Source: Epithemia pelagica (Eukaryota > Protista > Bacillariophyta). From it: DNA of 64,000 bases. The notes beneath the pieces were generated by a model. It searched no databases. It saw only the letters and a list, made by a program, of their open reading frames with translations, and had not been told where the DNA came from. Positions 40,864 to 51,830 of the stretch are shown here, in pieces. Both the position numbers and the translations under genes were made by a program. Every line of letters begins with the position of its first letter. Within the stretch, counting starts at the first letter, position 1. The stretch is from NCBI GenBank assembly GCA_946965045.2, contig OX337235.1, positions 2,604,001 through 2,668,000 on the forward strand, given 5' to 3'.

Positions 40864-40887
40864 TACCTACCGTAATTACGGTAGGTA
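40864..40887. repeat. Perfect 24-bp palindrome in intergenic/promoter DNA
   Basis: TACCTACCGTAATTACGGTAGGTA equals its own reverse complement. Confidence 0.9.
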
Positions 40888-41404
40888 GCTCGCCATTCGA
40901 TAGGAGTAGCTTTTAAGGTGACCTAAACGCCAAAGATAAGTTAATCTTAGGAGGAGATCATAGATCCATTGGGGTTGCTCAACATTGCAACCCATTCAAT
41001 CAGCGTGAGGATAAATTCCTATCTATTGCTTCTTGTTGGGTTACATGGTTGGTCTCTGTACGATTTAGAAAGACGCGTATCAATACTATGTTTTTATTGC
41101 ATGGAGTTGGGCAGGTTCGTGCGGACCTTGACAGTCCCCTTGACAACGAACAAAATGGCCCTCTTCCTCACGTATACATGCTGCTGAACAAAGCATTGAG
41201 CATCCGCGACAAAATGCCCCAGATTTGACCGCATTATCGTGCTACTCGGCAAGAACTCACGTTGGACAATGGCCGAAATGGATGCACCTGAATTCTTTCA
41301 TGCCCCAGAACCGGATTCCAGCATGCCACGGTCGTGCCTCATTGCCATGGAGTTTGGTGATTCGAAACGGCGTCGCTTGGCTCACAACAATAGTACCCCC
41401 AACG

Positions 41405-42799
41405 TCATGACTTGACGGACGAAGCTTCTTTCTGATCTTGTTGTCGTAGATATTCAAAGAGAATGACACTTCCACAAATTGCTGCATTCAAGCTTTCTAT
41501 ACCAGGTCGCATGGGCAAATGGACCGCACGTATCTGCATCAAAGGCGATTCGGAAGCATGTTGCAGGCTGTCGCGAATTTCCAGACTCAAACCAGATCCT
41601 TCACTTCCAATCACGAGTGCCGCTGGACCCTTGCACCAGTCCACATCATAATGCGGCAAACTGGGTCGAACAACCGATGTACAAGCTCGGCTTGTGTTGT
41701 CGTTCTTGTTGTTGTCATCCTGGTCGGAAGTCATCATGGTGGCCGCCCACACGTTCTCGACGCCCCGTTGATTCATTTGTTCCAGGGCCTCGGTCCACGA
41801 CGCCGCCGTCGATATGGGAACGAGAAAGGTTGCCGTCATGGCAGATCGAATGGCTTTCGGATTCCATACATCACAACAGCCCGGCAACAAGATAACACCA
41901 GCCACACCGGTCGCCACGGCTGTTCGCAACAAGGTTCCCACGTTGCCAGGATCCGAAACACCATCCAATATCAAATATAACATGGACGTGGGATCATTCT
42001 CCGTCGATATAGATGAATCTCGCTGGTTTGGCTTCGGTAGTTCCCAATGCGGAATACGTGCAACGGCCACAATCCCTTGCGGCGTCACAGTATCCGAGCA
42101 CGTCGCAAGCACCAATGGGGTAACCGTGTGAATCGTACAAGACGACGCCTTGACAGAGCGAGTGGTGTCGCAAATATTTTGTATTTCAGAAAGGAATTCA
42201 TCTTCTTTTCCTTCCTCCACTAGAATGGTATCCAACAAGTGTTGTGTTTGAGGATTTCCCAGAAGATCCAGAATGATTCGGGGTCCTTCCACAACCGTTT
42301 GTCCTTTTTCCATACGAGTTTTCCGTTTCTGTAGCAGCGCTTTGATTCTTTTCACTGTGGCAGATTGCACGGAAGATATCAAATCTGGGTTGGTGACAAT
42401 GCGGATCCTATCACGCGGAACCATGGAGGAGGCGTCGTATTCCTTGTCCGATGATGGAGAAGACGACAGGATGCAAAATCTCCTTCGAGTCCATGGACCA
42501 ATTATCATTGCCATATCACCACTGAGGCTAGGATTCATTTTTGTGGCCATCCTACTGCAGCTCATGCGACCAACGGGAAAGGTTCTTCCATGGTCTTGCC
42601 AAGCGTAGAAGCCACGAACATGGCCCACACCGAACAAGCCTTGCTGTAGCATTCGGCCACTACCTGGTGGAAAGTGGGATGCCGTCGTTACAGCAGTGAA
42701 TGCTGCAGTCTTCATGATGAAAAGGCACAAGGGTGTAGCTGTACTTGGAATAGCAAACAAAAGGACTCGTCGTATCCAACATGTCAAGAACCCATTCAT
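41405..42799 (-). CDS. SpoU/TrmH-family RNA 2'-O-methyltransferase, organelle-targeted
   Basis: VVEGPRII, YLILDGVSDPGNVGTLLRTA, KAIRSAM, ALVIGSEGSGLS, LPMRPGIESLNAAICGSVILFE; N-terminal presequence. Confidence 0.9.
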   Translation of the reverse strand: MNGFLTCWIRRVLLFAIPSTATPLCLFIMKTAAFTAVTTASHFPPGSGRMLQQGLFGVGHVRGFYAWQDHGRTFPVGRMSCSRMATKMNPSLSGDMAMIIGPWTRRRFCILSSSPSSDKEYDASSMVPRDRIRIVTNPDLISSVQSATVKRIKALLQKRKTRMEKGQTVVEGPRIILDLLGNPQTQHLLDTILVEEGKEDEFLSEIQNICDTTRSVKASSCTIHTVTPLVLATCSDTVTPQGIVAVARIPHWELPKPNQRDSSISTENDPTSMLYLILDGVSDPGNVGTLLRTAVATGVAGVILLPGCCDVWNPKAIRSAMTATFLVPISTAASWTEALEQMNQRGVENVWAATMMTSDQDDNNKNDNTSRACTSVVRPSLPHYDVDWCKGPAALVIGSEGSGLSLEIRDSLQHASESPLMQIRAVHLPMRPGIESLNAAICGSVILFEYLRQQDQKEASSVKS

Positions 42800-43049
42800 C
42801 TTCTGGGAGATGCAACCAAAATCGGTGCGGTGACAGTCGACCGAGACCGATGGTCATGGTGATGGAAAACTAGAAAGCGACTCTAATGCGATATGATGGC
42901 GATTGACGAAAGATCCGTCCGACTCCGATGCGTTCGAGAACACCTCACTCATGACATCATGTCAAAAGTCAAGACCAACGACACACTTCGCATCGTCTGT
43001 ATCTTGACGTACAATAGACATATTGATCAGTTGGACCATGACGACAAGC

Positions 43050-43952
43050 ATGGGGAAAACACTTCGGCTTTTATTGACACTCGCCGCATCTCATGTCTAT
43101 CATGGTGCCTTGTCGTTGTCGTTAAAACCCGCTACTTCTCGCAAAGAATTTCTCCATTCCTGTGTTCAGGCCACCGCCGTGCTTTCGACGACGACCAGCC
43201 TGGTTCAGCCAACGTATGCCGAAGCGGGAGCCGATACAATGGCTGAGTCGTTTGATGTCGACAGTTTTTTGCGGACCGGCATGGTAGCCCAACCCATGGG
43301 TGTATCCGGACAAGCAGGGAAAAGCCGACCCGAAACCGGCGTTATATTGCGCGATGGCAGTGAAGTCTTTCGAGATCCCCGATCGGGCAGTGTCCTGGCA
43401 GAAATCATTGTCAAGGGAAGCGCGGGACAAGAACAAAGTGGGGACGGAGTTCCAATTTTGGCCTCGTATGAATCTCCCTGGCCCCTTGCCACCGGCACGG
43501 TCTTTGATGTGGAGTGTCGCGATCCTGCCACTGGCGATGGTGTTTTCCTTGCCGTTACCAAAGATACCAAGGGCAAGGACTTGAGTCAGCTGCCGGACTC
43601 CTTTTTCGTGGATGATTTGTTTGCAAAAACGGGTCGTTTCTCGTTTTATGGGCAGCCTACCGATATCAAGGTGAAACAGGGCCAAATGGTCAACCAAGAC
43701 AAGTACCGGACCTTGGATCTGAGTTTCTCCACCCTGTCGCAAAGTACACAAGCCGAAATACCTCGACGGGCCCGAGTGATTGCGACCATTCCGGAGGGCA
43801 CACGACAAGCAGTCATGTTGGTGGCTTCTGCCTCGGCGAATCGATGGAAGAAGGGATCCGAACGAGAAATTGCCTCGGTTATTGACTCATTTCGAGCCAT
43901 TAATGCTCCCCAAACCTCACTCAAAGTTCGTGGGAAAGAGAGACGCTCCTAG
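43050..43952 (+). CDS. PsbP-domain thylakoid lumen protein
   Basis: Signal peptide, then SRKEFL + hydrophobic + TYA|E lumen-targeting segment. C-terminus RARVIAT...AVMLVASASANRWKK...IASVIDSFRA is typical of the PsbP/Mog1p fold. Confidence 0.7.
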   Translation: MGKTLRLLLTLAASHVYHGALSLSLKPATSRKEFLHSCVQATAVLSTTTSLVQPTYAEAGADTMAESFDVDSFLRTGMVAQPMGVSGQAGKSRPETGVILRDGSEVFRDPRSGSVLAEIIVKGSAGQEQSGDGVPILASYESPWPLATGTVFDVECRDPATGDGVFLAVTKDTKGKDLSQLPDSFFVDDLFAKTGRFSFYGQPTDIKVKQGQMVNQDKYRTLDLSFSTLSQSTQAEIPRRARVIATIPEGTRQAVMLVASASANRWKKGSEREIASVIDSFRAINAPQTSLKVRGKERRS

Positions 43953-44676
43953 AATGTCCCATTTTTCTAATACTATTTGTAATTTGTAATAGGTTGCACT
44001 GCCCGTATTGCACACACTACCACGGAATTGCTTTTGCAATGCCGTCATCAAGTCATAATAGGTAGTTTCATTGAGACAAAATGTCTGCTGCTTGTTACTC
44101 CTAATGCTACAGAAGAGTCATCGTCCGTCGCAGTAGAAGGTAAGCCGTGGATCATATGGATTGTGATACCTAGCATCGCAATCCATGTAGCAGTGTCATC
44201 TGCAGCACGATGACGCTCCCATGCCCAATGCCCATGTCCATGCATATGCAATCTGACCTCTGACATCTGTTTCTGATTGCATTCAGTCCACGCGGCAACA
44301 TTCCAGTTGACTATGGACACAACAGCTGTTGCTACTCATACCTCATAGTCTATTCTATTCCTCTCTCGAGTGAGGGTTAGTCAGACGCTTTCTGTTCCAC
44401 GGAGTCATCCTTGTGTCGTGGGTGATCTCGATCCGCAACCGCTACGAAGTTAACATATTGGTGGATTTGATATTATTATCCCCGGTAATTCTTAGCGCTA
44501 TTGTCATTCTTTCAGACGCGGTGCAACTCTGATGACGTGTCCGTTCGACGTCAGCATTCAGCATTCATGTTTGAGTCAACTTCTCACAAAATCGAAAATC
44601 CAGACAAGCTTTTCTTTGATTGCATAATTCAAATTCGCAACAAACAACAACAACCAGTACATCGTCTCGAAAGAAA

Positions 44677-45294
44677 ATGAAATTCCAACTGCTATTCACT
44701 CTGTGTTATCTTGCTGCACCATCATTTGCATTCACAGTGCAAGCAACACGATCACACAATTCAAGGCACTTCATGAGCACCACAGTGGACACCGACATGC
44801 TGACGCTGTCCGCAACCAATGAAGCGGAAGAAGTACAGCAGCCACAACCTGCCCAGAGAAGGACACCCAAGCAACCAGCCCATAAAGATGGGATCTTTTC
44901 ACCACTCGTTCATTTGACGAAGAAGTTTCTTGGCGACAAAAAATTGAATGAAGTTCGAGCGAAAGCTATTTCGTACCACTCGGACGCCATCAAGAACTTT
45001 GTATCAACAGCAGACTCAAGCGTTGGAATGTTCACGCTGAAGCTCCTTTTCAGGGTGGCTGACCAAAATGGAAACGGCCAGATTGAAGAGGAGGAATTAA
45101 AGGAGGCTATGGGAAAACTGGGCTTCAAATGGCTGAAGGAAAAGCAGATCCGGGGGATCTTTGAACGTGCCGGCGGAGCAGAGAAAGGATACCTCACGCT
45201 TGATGAATGGATCAGTGAAGCACCGAAGACACTAAAGACTAACTTGGTCAAGCTGGCCAAGACCAATGGTGGTGACCTGGGCTTCCTTGTGTAG
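44677..45294 (+). CDS. Plastid-targeted EF-hand protein
   Basis: MKFQLLFTLCYLAAPSFA|FT presequence; canonical EF loop DQNGNGQIEEEE and a degenerate second hand (GGAEKGYLTLDEW). Confidence 0.8.
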   Translation: MKFQLLFTLCYLAAPSFAFTVQATRSHNSRHFMSTTVDTDMLTLSATNEAEEVQQPQPAQRRTPKQPAHKDGIFSPLVHLTKKFLGDKKLNEVRAKAISYHSDAIKNFVSTADSSVGMFTLKLLFRVADQNGNGQIEEEELKEAMGKLGFKWLKEKQIRGIFERAGGAEKGYLTLDEWISEAPKTLKTNLVKLAKTNGGDLGFLV

Positions 45295-45669
45295 GGGCCT
45301 CAGGGCCTCAGGGCGACGAGGAACAAACCATCGTACGTCCTACGACTGCTAAAAAATAGTGTCCGATAGATAATAGAGAGTAATTGCATTTAAGTTTCCT
45401 AGCTGCAACTTCATGTGAGACATCAAATGGTTCCGTATATTTTTCCCTCCCTCTAGTATTCAATGTGCAACGTGAGGAAATCATCTAAGCACAAAGATAA
45501 TTGAAAAGGTTTCAAGTGAAATGAACATGCATCCAACATGGACAGCAAGTCTTGTGATATAGAAGCAGGGGGAAAGGCTCAAGTGAATCGCGACGTTGAT
45601 TCCCACTACGATAGATTAGAGGTGCAGCTTTCAACAATTGCACTGTTTATTACTGATTCTCAAAGAAAG

Positions 45670-48600
45670 TTATCTCCCGTATGGCGACCGTCGTCGGACC
45701 CCATCCCCACGTTTACTCGGTGTGATGATTATGTTCGGCGATCGCTGATAAATATCTATGGGTGGCTGCTGCTGACCCATCACACTACCTTCCCCCATCG
45801 ACGCATTGGTCTGGACACCAGCTGGCGACGACAGTCCAGGCGATCTCGTCGCTGACCCAAACACCTGAGAAGAAGAGGTTCCGTAGATCGAAGAGGATGC
45901 CGTTGGAGGGCCATGATGTCCAGTTGCCCCTGCCGAATAGTTCGTAGAGGGCGAAAAGAGACCATTCGTTGATTGGAAGTTGTTTGTTGGGCCATTCTGT
46001 GGAGGAAGTTGCTGTTGCGGACTGAACAACGCAGCGCCGTTTTGTGCAGGAAATTGTTGTTGCTGTTGTGGACTAAACACCGTGATTTGGCCATGGAGTC
46101 CTTGCTCTCTCTCCGCTGCATTGTACACAGGAGCATAAGTTGGGGCAGACAGGTATAATCTTACCAGAGCAGAAAAGACCATCAATACAGTGAACAGAGC
46201 GAGAATGACCAAAACGACAACCAACACTGCCGACGGAAGGAAACTTTCCAACCAAATAACGAATTTGACTGTATTGCTCATCTCTTTGATTTCCGGACCC
46301 GGTACCTCGGGCTTGCATGTGTTATCATCTAGGCTTGCACATACACTCTCGCAGATGGACATATCTGGTACTTTTTCTTTGCTACAATCACAAACGGGGC
46401 ATTTTGGACAGGTCTTCGTAGCTGGTCGTTGACTCGCAACCTTCCTTCTCTCTTCGGCCAATGCGTTTTGGACTGCCTTATTGATTTCAGCATCTTTGTT
46501 CCGTACCATTTCACTGCGGATCTTCACTTCCATGTCGGACAGGTCAACCTCCTGTACGACCACGTCCCGCCAAACCGTTTCTGCCTTGTTCCCTGAAGCA
46601 TCCATAACATTATACGGTACTCTCCACTGCAACATGGATGTTTGGACAGGGTCCCCAACAACAACTTGTTTCGATAGGTCCACCCTCCCTCGGAAAGTGT
46701 CATCGTAGGCTGTCACGCAATCACTGGCATTCGGTCGGACAACATCATGCGTTGCGCAAAGCTCTGCACCTGAAGTGCGTCGAATGATTGCGGCAACATC
46801 ATCTCCATAATACTTTTGCTGTGCCGCTTTGAGATCCGCATCGTGGTCGACATGTTTCGACACCATAATCCCACTCAATGCACCGCACTGGGCTGTCCGG
46901 AATACTTTTGGATTGGGTCCATTCAGCTCAACTACTGGTTTGCTAGTGTCACTGCATCCTGTGCCACCGCCAAATCCGAAGGGAACGACCGCCTCATCGG
47001 AATTGAAGGAGAGACCGGAGAGGAACCCATCACCGGAGGTAAACTGAGGACACTGACAGGTATACGATCCAATCTTATTGACACATTTCGCACCAGCCTC
47101 TGTATCACACTTTGGAATTAGAACAGGGCATTCTTTCTCGTATTTTGCCCGATCGAGGCTACACTCATCGATGTCCTCAATGATGACACGACGAGTGAGT
47201 CGGACAAAAGATGGGGAAGTCCACGGAGTAGCAATCGTGTAATTGACGTGGAATTCACCAACTCTGGTCAAGCAGCCATAAGGCATTGGTATGCTGTAGG
47301 CAATCTTGAGCGACCGCATATACTCTTCTGCATTGGCATCCTGAATATCAACCGCATCTTCGGTGTAGATATCGCCCTGCTTCAATCGCAAGATGTGATC
47401 GCCATTCGGGTCGTTTCGTAATTTCATTAATGGAGGACTCTCGTCTACGCAACCGTACTTCTCATGCATGACATAACCCGCTTTGCAACCACATTGCGGA
47501 GTATTGGACGCAGTCACAACACAAACCTCATGTTTTCCTGGCGCAAGAAGAAACAAGAACCGTAAGACTTCAAAAGTGCATGATGAGTCCGTGATCAAGT
47601 GTATATTAGCCACTCACCTCTGCAGGGAGGAAAGCCTGAACAAGCATCAACAATTGGTACAGTGCAATCACAGTAAAAGTTGTTCTTCATAGTTTCTTCA
47701 GTTGGAGTGACACCGTCAAAACGAACTTTAGGTTCTGGGTTCGGGTCAACCCCAGGACGACATTTGTGTCCATTTCCCATCATGTTTGTTGGACACTGAC
47801 AGTCATAAGTGTTGGCGGTGTTGGGACTTGCGTTGAGGACACAGCGGGCCCGATCGGCACAATCATTGTCGCTAGACGATGCACAGGGACTGGTCGGACA
47901 CCGGAAACTGCTTCGACAAAGCATGGCGTCTTTGGTATTGGCACGTACAGGGCAGCACCCATGTGTGGAAGGCCTGGAAACACAGGAGCTGCGACTACTC
48001 GAATTGTACGCAACCTCCCAGGGACCTCGTTCTTCAGCTTGTAAGTCTACCCAAAATTGGTCATCCACCGTGGATCCCGCCAAGGACCGTGAATTGACCT
48101 GGCCTGTTTCTGCTTCACCATCCGTCATTTTCGGACAAACACAATCGTATGATCCATTTGTGTTGACACAGAAAGAGGGCTTCTGACACTGGTGGCGGAG
48201 GGGATGATGGAGAGGAAGGGTACATTCATTGGTGTCAAGAATCGTGAAAGGAACCTCAAAGCATTGGGAGACAACCTCCCTTCCCATATCGTCCTCAAAT
48301 ACTTTATCCTTCATATCATCCGGAAGAGCAGACGCCAATCTGGTAACTTCACACTTTACCAAATGCTCACCAACCTTTCCCTGTAGGTCATCCCCATGGT
48401 AGCCAACCTCCACATTTACAACCCCTTCCAAAACCTGATTGACGCGGGCTACAACAACTGGGAGCTGGCAACAGCAGCAAAACCAACAAATCACCAAGAG
48501 ATCTCAGATCATCAGAACTTACAAACCCTCAATGATCCCGTCCCCAAACAATAAGCATTTTCACATGTCCCTCCATACCACATGAATGGGTTGCCAAAAC

Positions 48601-48745
48601 CACTTACCACACCCGAAAGATCTCGGGGAGCTTCCTCTTGTGTATATGTCAAGGATCGCTTCAGACGCTCGCACGAAGGATTTGCCGCGGTTATCCTTCT
48701 CGCTGCAACCAAGAAAAGCCACAGCGAAGAGCTTAACTTCCACAT
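45670..48745 (-). CDS. Cell-surface type I membrane protein with calcium-binding EGF repeats and Ig-like spacers; exons 48745-48527, 48464-47618, 47537-45670 (977 aa)
   Basis: Introns 48526-48465 (GTTTGT...CCAG) and 47617-47538 (GTGAGT...CCAG) join three ORFs in frame. Signal peptide; cEGF motifs DTNECT...CVNTNGSYDCVC and EDIDECS...CVNKIGSYTCQC; TM AVLVVVLVILALFTVLMVFSALV; S/P-rich tail. Confidence 0.8.
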
Positions 48746-49173
48746 TTACAACTCTTGGTTTGATAAATCGACCTCTTGTCCCTTTCACCTTCGTCTTGCG
48801 CCGATTCAAGTCGGCGTCTTCCAGAGAAAAATGTGTGGGCCCAAAGTTGCTCGTGACTGGATGGTGGCGATAGAGCTATGTGGTGGTCCTTTGCCCCTCT
48901 CTCTAGCTAGAGCCCCTACTCTTAGGAGTACTCATATTTTACCGCTCCAATATCCAATGCCGTACGGGAGTTCCACTTCTTGTGGTAACCTCATGAAGAG
49001 CAAATGGCTCTGGGAATAGGAAGGCGTACGCTCTACTTAGGTTGGCTTGACGATTGGAATGGGACAAAAATAACCGAAACTAAGTATCATTAAAACCAAC
49101 ATGTCGGATGAGCTCAGATCCTGCCATACGTATGTTACCTTTCCCCACGGTCCACCGAGCCATGTTCCCCGAC

Positions 49174-50929
49174 TCAGACATTGATTTGGGATGGAATTTC
49201 TTCGTACCCAGGGCGGCGATTCCAGAAGCAGCGCTGAATCACACAGCACAAGACAATAACGCCAACGAGGATAGCGGCAATGGTGATGATCCCACTCGTT
49301 TCCTTGGCCTTGGTCGCAAGTTCCTCAGTAACTGTGGCTTCGTCCGTGCACGTGAAATCCCAGCTACAGTGACCCGAAGCGCAGTCGGAACGCTCATTGC
49401 AGGAAGCACCATTGGCAAGTTTCGCCTCACAGATGGGAGGGTTCAAACCTTCACAACGACCCGAAACGCATTCCGAGTTAATGTTACAGGAGCACTGATC
49501 ACCCATCAATCCATCAGCGGTTTCGGCACAACGGAAACGCCAACTGCATGATCCAGACACACAGTCGGAATCTTCGTCACAAACCTGACAAGATCCAAGC
49601 TATGAAGCATAGAAAAGGCAGAGAACGTAAGTGGGTTGGTTTCACCAAGTGGTGTGGTGCAGAAATCATGATCGTACCTTAGGCGTACACATTCCAGAAT
49701 CACAACGACCCGAGTCACAGTCGCTGTCACTGGCGCATTCCTCGCCCACGCAACGTTTCCACGAGAAACTTGTTTCGGCGGCACACTTCTGGGATTCGCA
49801 TTCGATGTCCTCTGTGCAGAAAGATCCAGCAATGTAACCATTGTTTCGAATGGGGTACATTCCTGTGTCATTGTAGACCTCCATAATCTTGTTGATACGG
49901 TCGCCATATCCTGGGAATTCTTCGGTCCCAAACATGCTGTGGGCCTCCACTCCATTCACATTGAGAGGGGAAAAGTACTCTTGGGAGTCCAATCCGATGT
50001 AAGCAACACCACTGTCATCTCCTGAGATCAAAATCATGTGTCCAAACTGAACAGCCCCAAGGGCAGGAACAAATGGCACTGGATCGTACGAGATGCCAAA
50101 CGTAAGAGCTTTGGAATCTTTGGTGTTTACCCAGCGATACCAGCGGTCACTTGAGATCCGCTCACACGGCTCAAAAACGGCAGATGGCTGACCAAATGTA
50201 ATCACATATGGATTGAGAGCTGCAAACACAACACCGGCAACTGCTGCAACCGCACCCCCTTGACTGTGACCAGTCAACACCACACATTCGTCCTTGTTGT
50301 CGCAGGTTTTCGCGCATTCACGAATGTCTGCTTCAAGTTCATCCTTGTAAGCTGGTTCCACAAAGCAGGAACACAAACAGCTAAGTGAGCAAATGCAGTC
50401 GCCCCCTTTGATGACTCCACAAACGAACCATGTGAAAAAGCTCACTTACAAGTGCTGTAGGCCCTGACAAATCCAGATCTCGCTGTGCAGCAGGATGCTT
50501 CATCTGTATCTTTAGCGCAAATTTCTTCTGTACCAACCTCGAAATTTTGGGACCTGGAAGTTTGATGGTCAGAAAAGTTTCACTCATTCTCACTCTGCAA
50601 GAACAGCATATGTGGTCATTGGTCAACTATCGACCGCTGTTGGTCTCTACTTACCAATCGTCCCAGGTGAGGGTGGTTCCACGAAAGACTCCAAAGCAAT
50701 AACCAAAAGCTTTCACAACAAGACCTTGATCAGGCTCTTCATCGTAGAAATGAAGGTACTCCATGTCTTCGGTAGCTGGAGGGTCTTCCTCATAAGCCAA
50801 TGCACTCAAGTAGGCAGAAAAGTTCGTAAGTTTCATTATATTGTTGCTGAGAACTACATCGTCCATTGCAAAAGCTTCTCGACAAAAGAGGGCTAGTGAG
50901 CAGAGAGCAGAAGCAGCAAGTACTTTCAT
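49174..50929 (-). CDS. Class-3 lipase with Cys-rich repeats and C-terminal membrane anchor; exons 50929-50655, 50553-50450, 50351-49678, 49599-49174 (492 aa)
   Basis: Three GT-AG introns (50654-50554, 50449-50352, 49677-49600) give a continuous frame. Signal peptide, FGVFRGT, VLTGHSQGGAVA (Ser), YDPVP (Asp), EAHSM (His), five C-x(3-4)-C-x-S-x2-C modules, TM helix. Confidence 0.85.
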
Positions 50930-51830
50930 TTTGGCAAACAGATAATGACGCAATCTGAACAAAGTAAAGAAGGTACAGCGTCAATCGGAAATATGACGAG
51001 AAGATGAGGCCAATGATCAAAAGAGAATCTTTTGAAAAAAATGTCGGATGCAGATCGCAAATATTGGGAATTGGGACTGGGCATACGCAATACGCACGCA
51101 TGCCGAATACCAATAGGGTACTTCTTATATTTCCCAGCGGGGGTGATTGAGTCCCGCAGGCCTCAGTATTAGAAAGATCTAGTCTGAGTAAGGGAAATTA
51201 CTGCTGGGTATCCCTGCTTGGGCGAAATACTTCCTACGCCTACAATATAATATACACATTACGTCTTATACTCGTAACGTAGTCTACCACGTGCATGAGG
51301 TACCTACTCACCAGAAAGAAATTACACCCTCAAAGCCACCCCGCTAGGGAATAGCAAGGTACCGGTGTCTGGTTTCCCCCCCCCTAGCGGCCCAGGTCCA
51401 CAGTACATGTGTCCCCAGTCCCCATCCCCAGCGAGGGGAAGATGGTCGAACTGCAATGATCGCTGGGGAATGATTAGGCCCATCAGTCAGTAGCGTCAGT
51501 AGACATATCTCACGTAGGTTGTCTGCTAAAACTGACAAAAATCTGGCAAGACAAAACGGACAAGACTACGGGAAAACAGACACTTTGAACCAGTCAGTCT
51601 TCCTGACGGCACGACTTAATCGAGGACTTCCATCTCCTGCGGTGTCTACTAGCAACGGCGGGTTCCGCGAGAGCGAAAGAGCGAATGGATCAGAGAGACG
51701 AGAGTTGATGAGCAACGTTGACCAAGCGTTCGACTGCTAGCGTGTTGATGCATTCTATCTTATTTCTTTCGTGTTTTGTTGTTTGCAGGACCATTTCCTA
51801 GCAACAGCAAATCTCGATTACAACATCAAA

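Noticed and set aside
51425-51469. ATTGCAG(T) loop on the minus strand resembling U1 SLII / U2 SLIV
   Set aside because: The other required snRNA elements (ATACTTACCTG or GTAGTA branch-pairing region, Sm site) are absent.
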